From positions 9,412,275-9,476,274 of the forward strand of contig NC_134032.1 of NCBI RefSeq assembly GCF_964204645.1: a stretch of 64,000 nucleotides of DNA, read 5' to 3'. The translations under genes were made by a program, and so were the position numbers. A model generated the notes under the pieces. The model had not been told where the DNA came from. It was given only the letters and a program-made list of their open reading frames with translations, and did no database searches. Positions within the stretch are counted from its first letter, which is position 1; the number at the start of each line of letters is the position of its first letter. This document shows positions 1-13,200 of this stretch, in pieces. This DNA comes from Tubulanus polymorphus (lineage: Eukaryota; Animalia; Nemertea).

Positions 1-456
1 ATAATGAAATAATAAATTCTGATAAAAGAAAAATGTGAATAAGTGTTGATTTCTTAATATTTTTCAATTTCGTCGTTTCGCTTCGTTAGTTTGTGCTGTT
101 GTCCTGGCCTCAGTCCACAGGTGCCAGCACCTCCAGTAATTTTCAAAATGGCAGCTGTTGACTCTACGGAAATTTACTCTCACTTTACGGTCGATTAGCA
201 CATGGATTAAGATCGTCAGGTGAGGTGTTATAGGTATCAGACAAACTACGAATCTGTTGTGTGTCGATTACAACAAAAATTTGACGGATATCTTAAGAGA
301 CAATGAAATGCCAGGCAAATTACTCGTCAGTCAAATTGGCTGACGAAGATTTCATACAAAAATGACCTTCCCATTCCTGACTGTGGTTTGTGAAAATATC
401 CGATCGCGAAACTAAACCACAGACAGGTTACTGACTAGCTACGCCCCTGGTTAAGA

Positions 457-1308
457 CCGGGGGCGGATCCAGGGGGATGGGTAGACAGTATTGGAAGGAA
501 ATTTAAGGACACCTTTCTGATCTTAGGGCACACCCAGTATCCAGGTCAATGCGAGCGCCGAAGGCGCTAAGTCCTTAGAGGGGGGTCTGGGGGCCCATCC
601 CCAGAAAATTTTGAAAATATGGTACCATTTAAAGCCTTTTAGAGGGCGTCTAGAGGCTAGCAGAGCAATCCAGAATAAACGAATTCGAGACAAGATTTCA
701 ACACATGCGGATAGAAAATGAAGCTGGTGAACCCATGAAAGAATGGTTGTCGTCAACTTCGCCTAGTGCCCCTATAATCTTTAAAAGTGCCCCTTAACAA
801 TTATACAGAATACGGCTAAATGCCACTTCATTGTTAACAATCGGCAAAAATTGCCTCGTCTTCACATTTATCCTTATGTCGTGTGCCATCTTCCAAACCA
901 AAAGTGCCCCTAAAATTTTAAAAATTAGGCAAAAAAGTGCCCTTTTCTTCAACATTTTCCGCGTATAGTGCCCTCTTCTAAAGTACGAGTGCCCCTTTAG
1001 CCCTCCCTGAAAAGGTAAGGAAGGACAAGGTGCCCTCATCTAAAGCATGAGTGCCCCTTGCAAAAGGAAAGTGCCCTTTTTAATTTATCATGATTTAAGG
1101 CTTTACAAATATGATTATCTCTCCTCACTTTCTCGGCAGCAGTATATACTAACCGATTGATTTTATAATTATGCCCGGATTACGGACACGGAATTAGCGG
1201 TTGCTGAAATAATGCCGTCAAAAATATTGCCGGTGAAATTTTGAAGGGCACTTAAAAATTCTAGACCGTATTGGGCAATACGGCTAATACGGTCTGGATC
1301 CGCCCCTG
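457..1308. mobile_element. Non-autonomous DNA transposon (MITE) with terminal inverted repeats
   Basis: Left end CCGGGGGCGGATCCAG and right end CTGGATCCGCCCCTG are inverted repeats. A 4-bp AAGA duplication flanks both ends (453-456, 1309-1312). Many internal AGTGCCC sub-repeats; no transposase ORF. Confidence 0.75.
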
Positions 1309-2903
1309 AAGATGCTGCGTTGTGTATCCTAAGTCGGTCAGTATCATAGTATTACTACAGAAGTATAGTACGGTACTTTACTGTTAGATGGCGAAAACAT
1401 CTTTTTAACCGAATTTTAGCCCCAGTTTAAAATGAATATTGTGACTCCCTCGGACCACCAATCTGTTTGAAACATGTAACTTGACGACGGGAACAACTGG
1501 CATTAAGCATCAGCAAAAGGACGTTTCAATACATGCATTAATTTCCCTAAAATGCGTCGCGGTAAATACCGTCCGTTCTGCTTTAAAGTATAGAAGAAAA
1601 TATTTTTCATTATTTCAACAGGGCTTTACGAGGTCCAACGGGGAGGGAGCGTTCGCAACCCGGACCCCGCATGCGTAGAAACTGTAAAATCTAATTTTTG
1701 CATCATTAAACGAATCGATCGCCGCAAGCATCCGCGAGGTACCGTTCAGACACAGTAGGGCAAGTGATTACAGATCAGACAAGCATTTATATACAATTAG
1801 TACGAAATTCGCCTAGATGAATCCTTCGTATCGATATACACGGATTAAGCTGTTTTGTATAGAACGTGGCAAAATCGGTTTCGAACGATAATTCAATTGA
1901 TATTCTTACGTTAAATTCGCTATTTCATCGCGTTTCGCATAAAATAAGTATAAATATAGATATACATAATTTGATGAATGCAATTTTCCATATACGTGCG
2001 CAACTACATTTTATAATTGTCCTGTTCAATTTCAGCGGTGATTTGCTCCCGCGGATTCAAAGCACACAAACAACCACCATTTATCTAGCGGCACAGATCA
2101 GTTTTGAGAGCGGTTTCGGGAGGAACGTGGACGCGGAGGCAGAATCAACAAGGCTTTCATTATTTACGGGTAAACGTTAAAAAAACGTGATTCTATTCCT
2201 TTGCCTAAATTTCTCTTGCGACCTATTACTAAATATCAATGTTTAATCGCTGTACCGTACGTAAGTTTTGATTTCAACTTTCTCTGCGCGTGACTTACGA
2301 AAATGAGCTCCGAATATTTTACATACTTAATGATAATTGTATCAATTAAATCATGCAAAAATGTTGACTCCGTTATGCTCAATGTTTGGATTACGTACCT
2401 TATTACAGGTCCTCTATTATGGAATACCCTAAATTTCGACATTATTTCTTCTAGTTCTATTGCTATCTTCAAAAAACGTTCAAAAATAGTTTAATTGGTT
2501 CCTTTCGATTTCAATATTTCTCCCTTCTGGCTATAGAAATTAACTGTATACCTATATACCAGTATTCAGTATACCAGCATGTTTGCTTTTTTGTCTAAGT
2601 ATTTGCTTGTACCTAATCTTTATGTATGATACTATATTGTTTTGTTCTTCTTTTTTTCTAAGGTGCTTTTGAAGCTTTCTGAAGTAGCTTCACATTTTGT
2701 ATATTTCACAAATGTTTTCATATATTTTTAATACACGTATGAATGATAATGTAATTTATAATTTTAATTTGTTCAGAAATAAGGCTACCATAACATACCG
2801 ATATTTAGGTCGATAATCACAGAAGCGATATTTTGTTAAATTTTCTGCAATTTTCTTAGGTAATCTGTCAAAACAATTCTTCTCAAATGTATTCTAGATT
2901 TCA

Positions 2904-5900
2904 ATGGATTCAAACGTGATAGCGACGGAATATCCCCGACGTCCAGTAATAGGTAATTAATCTCGACGAACTCGTGATCTTTTGAAAAATATTTGCTAGA
3001 GACCGTAAAAACTGTTATTTAACTGTTAGTTAAATGTACAATTTTTTTTTAAATCGAAGTACATAATTGGGGAAATTAGGTTCCGGTTCATTCAAACAAT
3101 TTTCCAACCAGTCTGAACGGGCAAGCGACTGATTGGGCTAGTGTGTGTTATTAAATGGGGCTCTGTGTGAGTCGATGTGCACCACGTCATCATTATTGGG
3201 GGCATTTCAAAATAAATGACAATTGTGAATTTTGGCTTTTCTTCTGTAATCAAATATATTTAATAACTCATATTCATTTTTGGTAAATTTTGATAATGAT
3301 TTTTGAGAGGATGTGCACTACGTCTTCAATATATCGGGGCTAGACTGGTTGCCTGTCAATTCAATTCAATTCAATTAACGATATTCAAATCCAAAATAGC
3401 TTTTTTGATCCTGGATATTTTATAATTCATATTATTCATTGTCGACAATTTTAAGCAATATATGTGTTATTTTTCAAGGCGTCAGTAAACTTTCATGTTA
3501 GTTTTCTGGTTGATTGTTTCTCTTGCATGGACAACGACAAAAAGGATTCTTGTTTTTTAAAAACATTTCAGGAATTTTGGCCCAGGACTCGTTCAATGAA
3601 GAGGAAAAAACCGAAGGCGAACAACTGGTTTATGGATTCATTGTGAAATTCGTGCAGATGGGTGGCGCCCTCGTTGTACCAGTTTGGTAACTATTTTCAA
3701 ACTTTCAAAAGGTTGTGCATACGTATTTGTAATCCGTAACTGCAATTTTTTCCCTCGTCACAGCTGTAGAGCTGTGCCCCAGAGTTAAATACGTAAATGA
3801 AACTGGATTCAAAGCGATTTTAAAGATAAAATCCACATAACTGTCGAACTATACCCATGGCTAGATTAAACCCACACCACTGTGGAACTGGGACCAATTG
3901 ATAAATGCCACACAACTGCGCAAATGGATACAAAGTTCAGACACAGAACCACTCACATTTCGTACATCTTGAGTAAAATCCCACAACAAATTAATTTGAT
4001 ATTGAAATTTTAGACTTTTAGACCATTTTAGACTGAAGAAGGGTGGTAGTAACCACCCGAAATATTTCTTATATGTTTTAAATAAACATTTTAATATTCA
4101 ATTAATTCATTGTGGGATTTTACTCATATCGTTTTATCGCGGATATTGTGATGTTCAATTGATTCATTTCGTATATCTTTTTAGGTTGGGTTGCGGTGAC
4201 GATTACTACGAAACCATGATGACTAGAATTAACGGGTACGGGTCGGTGATGAAGTGTTGATTGTCCATTCAAAGGCCAGACGAATCATGCAAAATGATGT
4301 GTATAATCAACTAATTGGTTTGTTTTTCTCTTTCAGATTAGTCCTCCCGGGCGCTTATACGAATGACCCTCTGAACTCGCCGTATGCCACGACCGCCCAT
4401 AAACTTATTAGACGCGCTATGGAGGTAAACAAATTTACTCATCAAGTTTCCAATAAGCATTTTCTCAAACAATTTGGAAATCTTGGAAAAGGTGAGTGCG
4501 TGTATTGTTTTTGAGAAAATGCTTACCGGAAACTTGAACCGACCGATTTTCATTGAAATGTAGTTGGTTGATGCGAAAACGGTTGTTACCTACTTCCGGT
4601 AACGAACGTTAGGCCTATAACCCGTATTAATAAGAGCTTTCTGAAACTTAATAAACGGGACACATACTATTTACAATACAATATACATATTTACAATAAA
4701 TATACTACCGGAAGGACTTATATATATGTACAGGAATTATAACGGAGTAGTTTGTTAAAATCGGAGGTCGATCAGTTTAAATCATATATCATTTACCGCC
4801 CCAGATTTTTATCCTTAAATGTCATGTTCGGCTTAATGGGCAGGTACAATCTGACCTAAAACATTGCCCGATCACACTATTGCTCTACTGAATAATTCAG
4901 AACAAGAAGAGCGGTCCACAATTTGAGGTCATTATTAATTTACTAACGACAATGTACAATATCCGTATATACAACGCCTATATAATGACCTACTGAGCTA
5001 CTCCTAGCGAACCGGGCGGATCCTCACTTGCCAAAAGTGGAATCATCAAAAGTGGGATCCTAATTGCTAGAACCGGATATTGGGCTTTCATTTGTGTCTA
5101 TGGGCTTTGTTTGGTAGTGGCAGTCGTCGAGCCAATCCTGGCCTCAGTATTGCACATACGTATAAGCTCCTTATGACCTATTCGTAGGCCCTTAGCGAAC
5201 CTTCAATAAGAAAGCTAAATAAGATTTCCTTTCTAAAAAATTCATACCATCATCGATATGTACACTGGTAGCTGAAATACATCAATATTAGAAATATGTT
5301 TTCGAGGATAAAAAGTACAGGCACAATATATATCAACTACATCGTTGACAGTAATCACAGTGGGACATGTTTCATCGGCGAATCGTAATAACTATAATTA
5401 CTTGCTTATTACTTATTATCGCTTAATTACTGGTAGCCTAATTACCGATCAATTATTATTGCAGCTTAACGATGCTGGCGTATATTTTCCTATTTACGGA
5501 GTGTGCGCCGGTCTTCAAACATTCACCGCCTTCGTCACCGGCGAAAACCTGCTGAAAGAGTGCGACACCTACCGACTGCGAAACAAACTAGAAACCACTT
5601 CCGGTGCGTATACTTCAGCGAAAAATTCTGGGAAAAGTTTTCAAATGCATAACACCTGACCTGCAACACACGCATGTAGTTGGTATAGATTCTATGACAT
5701 CATCAACTGCTAGGTGAAACGGTTAAATTGGTATCTCTCTATAAAATCCCCCTGTTATATCATCCAAATTGCAACGACTACAGGTATTCTAGAAGTGATG
5801 GCAGTCTCCCTACCTTAATGATTTCTCCCCTAAATGGCATCATCCCTTGACGAGATCAAGCCCGACCGAGCTAGATGGTCGCCTCCGGCATCATCGCATT

Positions 5901-7602
5901 ATCCCCCTCTATCTCTGTGCATATATTTTCTTAACCAAATCCGATATGATTCCATTTAGATGGAGATATAAATTCAAGCCGATTATTGGGAAGTTTATCA
6001 AATAAAGCTTTGAATATCCTAATGAACGAACCTGCCGTACTTCACATGCACTACTACGGCGTCAGATACCAGGTAATGATAAAATCCATAGATAATTTGG
6101 CAGGTCCAAACGATACAGGTAGGTGAAGTCCTCGGGATCCATTCAGGTCCATTCTCAGTCATCCACATTGGAACATGGGCCTCAGTGGGTCTTTGGGTGC
6201 CTATGGGGCCGGTGTTACCTTAATGTTCGTGCCCAAACGTATTGGACCGCTTTGAGTGAATATCTATTGGGCCAGATATGCAATACATGTAAGGAATACA
6301 CCCTTTCTGGACTTCCACCTCTGAAATTAATCAATATTAGATATCCTCCTATACGCGGCCTGCTGATCTATACATTGGTGTATTTTTCTTGAATAGGATT
6401 TTGTAAGTGATTCCAGATTGACCGATTATTTCCACGTTTATTCGACGAACAAAGATCGTAAAGGAGAAACCATCGTTTCTACTATCGAAGGTACGCATGA
6501 ATGTAGCCGCCATTTTGTTTCCAAGATGGCGGTAGAGAATGAGGCGATGGTTAATTCATTCACAGTTGCAGTTGATCACCAAACTCATCAAAAAATATTT
6601 TGATCTCTTAGTCTTGATTGGTCGTGGTCCAAATAAAACCTCTCATACGGACCAATCACAGTGGTGATAGCAACAGCTCGTACTGGTAGTAGTTCCCCTT
6701 GGCCAGCTAAAAACATTTAATTCTGGCTAGTTCTTCCCTCGGGCAAGAAGATATATTTTTATAAATTGCGATTATCTCAATAACTGAGAAACTTTTTTTT
6801 CGTAACCTCTGAGAATGTATTTGTTTGTTATTATCGTGACTACGTATTTGCAGCTAAGGACTATCCGTTTTGTTTGATGCAATGGCACGCGGACAAATAC
6901 AGCTTTTTCAACAGTACCAGAATTTTCACTCCTTGGTCCCCAGATTTCATCCAACTTGGCAGCGAGGTAGCACTATTCGTCGCAAAAGAAGGTAATTTTT
7001 TCATAATGGGTTGGGATTAGAGCTGTAAGCAGTTCACCAACCAATAAAAAAGTACAGTTTTATAGATTGGTGCTTACTTTCACCCGGGATTAACTAAATT
7101 AATTTTTCAGATGAGAGGAAAGTTAGACATTGAGCAGTCAGGGGCACCCCCAAAATAGGTCGAAATGGACATTGATTCATTTTTGAAAATACAGAGATCC
7201 AGCTTATGAATTTAAACTTTTTAGGTATCAGTTTGATATTATTCATTTTCCAGTATGATTTCACGGCAGCTTGACACAATAGGGGGGGGGGGGGGTGGTT
7301 GGTGTGAGCATCCCCTGCATCATCCCCTGGATCCGCCATCGCAGTATAATAATACAATTAAGATTTTTGGAATCAAAGATAAAATACCGGCGAACAATTT
7401 AAATCCGCGAGTACGTCATCACCATAATTCTAGTCATATATTTCTGTGTTTATTTTCAGCCATGAAAAATACGCAATGTTTCGCTTCAATCGAAGAAGAA
7501 ACTTCGCTTTTGATCGAAAACCCGAAAAATGCGCGAAAAGTGTTCTTCCCATTCCGGGAAATCGGTTATTATCCTTCAGCAGCAGACGGCGTTGCGGTTT
7601 GA
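2904..7602 (+). CDS. GGH: Gamma-glutamyl hydrolase-like protein (class I glutamine amidotransferase fold, peptidase C26), 9 coding exons, 309 aa
   Basis: Exons 2904-2952, 3572-3686, 4185-4235, 4337-4424, 5465-5603, 5960-6072, 6397-6490, 6854-6991, 7460-7602. All introns are GT-AG, phases are consistent, total 930 nt. Motifs match GGH: RPVIGILAQ, VKFVQMGGALVVPV, INGLVLPGA, NDAGVYFPIYGVCAGLQ (nucleophile Cys), SRLL, STNKD...VSTIEAKDYPF..QWHADK, EAMKNTQCFASIEEE. Confidence 0.9.
3770..3960. repeat. Degenerate ~39-bp minisatellite (ACTGTGGAACTGG family)
   Basis: Reverse-orientation copies of the unit arrayed at 35120-36300 and 52440-52980. Confidence 0.55.
3971..4170. mobile_element. Palindromic repeat family A with a Penelope-type minimal hammerhead-like core
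   Basis: Inverted arms GAGTAAAATCCCACA...TGTGGGATTTTACTC. Core at 4033-4066: CTGAAGA-A-GGGTGGT(AGTA)ACCACCC-GAAATATT. Related copies at about 30160-30400 and 63476-63680. Confidence 0.55.
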
Positions 7603-9229
7603 TGATGAAAAACAGCCTTACTTTCGAATGGACTTGTTTTCTGATTGTGATCTGGTGTGACACGCCGCTAGATGACGGGGCTCACAGCCGGTTTACGTCA
7701 CTTTACGATTTACCATAAATTTGGCTTGTTTTAAACAGAAGATACCTGCATAAATATCTACCCAACCACGAGGTGGCGTGACTTACAATCAGTTTTACGA
7801 TAGTCAAAAAAAGTTACTCGAACTAACAGGATACTTTAGACAGGATACTTTCAAACTTGCATCGAAAAAGATATTAAGATTCAATCATCTACTCTCGGTG
7901 TATGGTGTTATAGGTTCCATTGATAATTATATCTCTTCAGGAAAAAATTAATACAATCCAGATCAAAATTGTAGAAGGAAGCCTCTTTTGCTACAGAAGT
8001 TGATATCATATGCTCTACACTAGCGCACTTAGACGACTCGCAATTACTTAAAAACTAATAAAGATAATTGAAAACGGTAAAAAGTATATAATACCACATA
8101 TAGATGGCTATTGATCCTGAACATTTCAAAAATGTAGATTAAAATTTGTAAGAATTACGAACTTTTGAATGCGATGAGCAATAATTCAAGTTGAATTATC
8201 GGGAAAACGATATCAATGCTTATAACCTCACCAGCGCGCATTGTTGCATTAACTTTATGATTGAGTAATATAGTTAAAAAACTAATTATCAGCTGAGTCA
8301 ATCAATATTTTCACTTTGTTTCTATCTTTATCCAATCCAGAGATATGAACGAAATAAAAATATTAAACGGGGAAAAAATAGGGACAAAAAATTCAACAAT
8401 GCGGACCCGGCGGGTACCCAAAAAAATGGCGCCTGGAAACTGTAAAAAGGCTTATTCTGCATTAGGACTTATGTAATAAAAACTCGAATATTTTCATATC
8501 CAAATCAGATAAACAGATACGGTTTTTTGTACCTTGTAGGTATTGTTTCATATTTTTGTATGGCGAAAATTACGTTTAAGAACCCAAAATATTAGATATT
8601 CACTTCTTCAATTAGCGATTGACCTTATAGTCGAATGCCATTGTCGAATAATGCATGTTTCCTCAATGTGTTATAAGTGTTGTCGTGGCATCTACCACCC
8701 TTATCTACGAGTTTCAATCTCAGACTCTACTGAGAGTTCAAAACGATGTTTCATGAACTATTTTACCAAAAAAACCGGCCGTTAATCATGGATCACAGAG
8801 CCTTTAAACTTGAGACGAATTTCTTAGGAAAATTTCGCAATTCACTTCGGCAATCTTTTATATACAAATTTGTGAAAGTGTGTGACAGTGTGTGTGTGAC
8901 TTGAAGTCAACTTGGAGTAGATCAACACAACCCGAACGCTTGAATTGTAAACTAATACTAAAGTTTATTTCATACCAAAAAGACAGATTATCATTATATG
9001 CGCATGGGTAGTAATATAGCTCGTGGTCAACCCACGTATGTAACACAAACTCTTACAGGGTGTTTCCGTTCAGTAATAAATGATTTCCGGACATCTAGAA
9101 TTGCGTGGTAGGATAAGATGAGTCAAACTTAAGATAATACAGATGTTAATTCTCGACAAAATTGAATTGACATTTCGTAAATTTTGAACCAGCGATATTT
9201 GCGCGCTTGGCACTGAAATTGAAATTTAT

Positions 9230-9817
9230 CTTTTGAATTAATGTTACATTATCAGACGATATAGTAAGTATGATTAAACGAAGAAAAATGTAACAGGATA
9301 ATGGGGCTGTACTGGGAGACTGAAACAGTCTATCTAAGCCGTGAAGCATCCACACCCAACACCACATTCATTACACACACATCATGCACACAAGTAATAA
9401 ACAGGCGAAAAGAAACAAAAATGTTTACACATACATTAACATAGGTTTGTATAGAATGAAAATTTACAAAGTGTTGAATAATGATTTAATGTGGGTACGC
9501 CTAAAGGCAGGTTCGCTTTGTATTGTTCGAATTGCTTCTGATAGAGTATTCTATAATAGGGGAACGGATATTTCAACAGAAGATTTTCTAGTTACAGTTC
9601 TGAAATAAGGCAATCTTAATTTGAATTTATTACGCGTTGGTTTATTATGAATTTGATAATTGAAGTTCCAATAGTTGTTAAAGGTTCTAGGTAATTTTGA
9701 ATTGACGAATTTATGTACAAAAAAAGTTAGTTGTAGTTTGTTAATATTCGTAAATTTTAGTATATTTAACCTAGGAAAAATAGAAGTGTGTTCTAAATAA
9801 TGGGAGTTGCAGGTCAT
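9230..9817 (-). mobile_element. 5'-truncated non-LTR retrotransposon fragment (CR1/L2/Crack-like ORF2 C-terminus plus 3' UTR)
   Basis: Minus-strand peptide HYLEHTSIFPRLNILKFTNINKLQLTFFVHKFVNSKLPRTFNNYW...HNKPTRNKFKLRLPYFRT resembles the post-RT tail of CR1/L2-clade ORF2. An in-frame stop replaces the expected Trp, so it is decayed. Confidence 0.75.
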
Positions 9818-10253
9818 TTGCTCACATCTCGATCTAGCCTCGAATGGATTCGGACCGAAAGTCTCTTCCTGAGAGTTAAAAACGTTTTAAAGCAACGTCT
9901 CATGGAAATGTCAGTTGGTAAATGGAGCCGCTACTAATCGCGGATAAATACCAGATAGAAGAACTTCTAAGGATCTAAAAGGAACTGGTAGCCCGAGTGG
10001 AAACCTTACTAATACCGTTCTCAAATGCTGAGAAAAAAATTTAGCTTTCTAAACTCGGGCCGGTATCGACCAATGACATACAAATGTCACGTCCTCCATT
10101 TTGACAATAGGGAGGCGACAAAGCGTGAATACTAAGCGAGCCTCTATAGCCGAGATTTATAACTGAATATCTGGTCGTGTGGGATGAGCTACGTTCAGCT
10201 GTCAGGTGAAATCAACGACTCGAGTGCCTCGTGGAATGACAGGGGGCTGAAAT

Positions 10254-13200
10254 ATGTCTTTATTGGCCGGATTGCCGACGCCTCGGGACGTCGAACGAGC
10301 AGATAAAACACTGGCAAAGCTGCTGACCAGCGAACGAACGATGGCCGACGTAGTTCACTTCAAACAGGAGTACGGCAGACGATTACAGCAGAGGACGGCG
10401 CGTAAACGGAAACGATCCGGAATTCATAATAATCAGCACCAAGACACGAATGCAGCGACGGCAAGCGAGCTGATGGAAACAAACAAGGTAAGGTTGGTGA
10501 TTTAAAGTGCAGAGTTGATATTGCTGAATTTTCAATTGAAGGCCGTATTGTCCTAAATAAAAAAGTCCTTAGATTGGTTATGGGGACCGTTAGCATAGTT
10601 TAAGCTGAAATCTAAGACGAGCCCAGCATGCTTCTTTATCCAGTCTTCTCATTCAAAACCATCTGGGTATCATCATAGACAGCATTACTACGCAACGGGG
10701 TTGTACAGTAAATTGGTAAAACTCCATCAAAGCACTGAACGCAGCACTGAGGTCATCTATCATTATTGCTACTTCAAGCCGGTTCCTCCCCTAATATTTT
10801 GTAGATTCGATAATCTTTGAAATATGTATAGCTCCTGTGTCCAAAAAATGTTCACCAGCGCCTTATAGCCAACTGTTACACGGGTATCAAATGGACCCAG
10901 GCCGAATCATCTCCGTGTGATCGCGGCTTATGGTTGTTAATGAAACGAGCATCTACAATGCATATGCTTTACAGGTATTTCAAACTATGCTAAGTTCATC
11001 AATTCCCGATTCTAAAGAGTTCCCCGTGGATGAGGCAATATAGATTGGAAGCAACGTCTGCCAAATACTTTTCAATCAGATACATGTACAACAACTTTTA
11101 CTCCATTCTGGGTGAATCTCTACAAAAAGTTCCGCACCCAGTATAGATTTAAGTTGTGTTTGATCTTAAAGGTCAAGTTAGCATTATTTGCGGGATAAGC
11201 TCGAGCCGCAGTCAACAACATGACTCATATCATTGCAAATGCAGAGCCTGACGGTGTCAATTGCCACAGAAATTTCAATCCTAAATTGTTATTCCATCCA
11301 AATGCATTTCTCTTTATCTCCTAGGTGACCAATGAAATCGTGCTACTCGTCGAAAAATACGAAAAACTGGACACGTCCTGGGCAACCAACTCGAAACCTC
11401 GATTCACCGCCACCGAACTGGCCTATCTGGCCATCCTGCGGTCGAAACAATTCTGTCTCCCGATCAGAGATATTTACAATTACATCCTGAACGCGTTCGG
11501 CCACCACTTCCAGGCGGCCGATCAAAACGCCTGGCGCAACGCAATCCGCCATACTTTGTCGAAAACGAGGTGCTTCTTCAAACTGGATCGGCGTCGCTTG
11601 AGGGACGGAACCGGCGGACAGGCGGCGAAGGCGGCCATTTTGAGTCGTCGCATGTATATATGGGGTATCGTGCCCGAAACGGTACCTCGATTCTTCCACG
11701 GCGACTACCGCGTCGATAAGGACGACAAGAAGTACCTGGCCGATGTCTACGAGAGTCACGATATAGACGGGTTCTGGCACCATGTTACCGAAGTGATAGA
11801 CAATATTCACGAACCGTTGAAAGCGGACGCTTCCAGCGACGTGAACGATGATTTTAGTTCCATCGATGACAAAAGGGGACGTACGAGAAAAATCGCGCCT
11901 CGCCACGCGTGCAGATCTCTACCGCCAGGCGGCGTGCCAAGACATACGTTCATATCGTTAGCAGAACTTGACCAACACAACGAGATACACGAGTTGGCGA
12001 ACACGATCGAGGAGACGCAGATATCCAGTCGATGGTACGATGACGTGGATGTTGGCGAGAGTCATCACGATGGCTACCGTATAAGCGACGTGCAGCCGTA
12101 TAAACCGCCAGAGGGCGGGGAACACTACCTGAAAATGATTCGCGATCACACGTTGGCGGAACGCTGCAGTGGTCTAGATTTAATACGCGACGATTTCATG
12201 TTGAACGCCGCCGCTGAGCAGCAACGCGACTACCAACAATCCAACAGCCCCGAACGAACGCATACGCCCCCTAGCGGATTGGACGTGCATCATCTAACAG
12301 CCGTTCCCGAGCAGTTGTCTGCCAGTCACGGGCAGTACCTGTATTACGAACAACAACACCAAGGTCAAGCGGTGCAAGATCACGCCGAAATGGCGCCGCA
12401 TTATCTGCACCAACAATCAAACTGGCACCAGCTCCCGAAGATGGCGTCACTGTCAAATTATTACGGGCAGGATAAATATAGCTACGGCGGCGGGGTGGGT
12501 TATGAGATGTATTACCCGGTAGCACAACCTGGAATGATGAGTTATCCGGTTTACCAGTCAACGGGATACCAACAGCATTACCAGAATCTACAGTCAGAAT
12601 ACCAGCATCAATTTGCAGGATATCCGCATCACTTAACGGGGTACCAACATCAGCAACCGCCCTCAGCACACGTCTCGCAGCAGAAGATGCCAAACGAGTC
12701 GTTACAGCAGCCGTTACTCGTCCAACAACAATACGAAAGGCAGGCAAATCAGGTACTGGCACCTGGCCAAGATTCAACAGCGTTAAACGACGCGTATAGA
12801 GCGACAAATACTAGCGCCCCTGCTATCGACCGCAAGTCGAACAACCTCGATTCGCATATTTCATCAAATAATGCGCAACCTGGAGGCAGTGATATGAACT
12901 ACGATACGTACCCTCACCTTCCACAGCAGGTGAAGATAGTGCCGAAAAAAACACCGCGTGGCAGCAGTGACACCAACCAAAATACTCACGGCCACCACAC
13001 GCCACAGGAAGTGACGTCGCGCGTCATGTTTTACCATAAAACGCAAAACACTTCCGATGACTTCATCCTGTGCCCGATTTCCGGTCAGTTGAAAACCGGA
13101 AGTCACGCCGGACGGCATCGTCGTCGAAACAAACGTGACTCGACGAAATCGAACGGACGCAGCGATAACAGCACTGCCCAACGACACGAAGAAAGACAAC

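Noticed and set aside
121-219. AG...GT-bounded exon-like stretch at the window start
   Set aside because: No recognisable coding content; it lies next to a transposon end and cannot be linked to a gene
13055-13100. DDFILCPISGQL resembles the start of a U-box
   Set aside because: The rest of the U-box pattern is absent
11343-13199. Several long antisense ORFs
   Set aside because: Shadows of the GC-rich Fox coding exon
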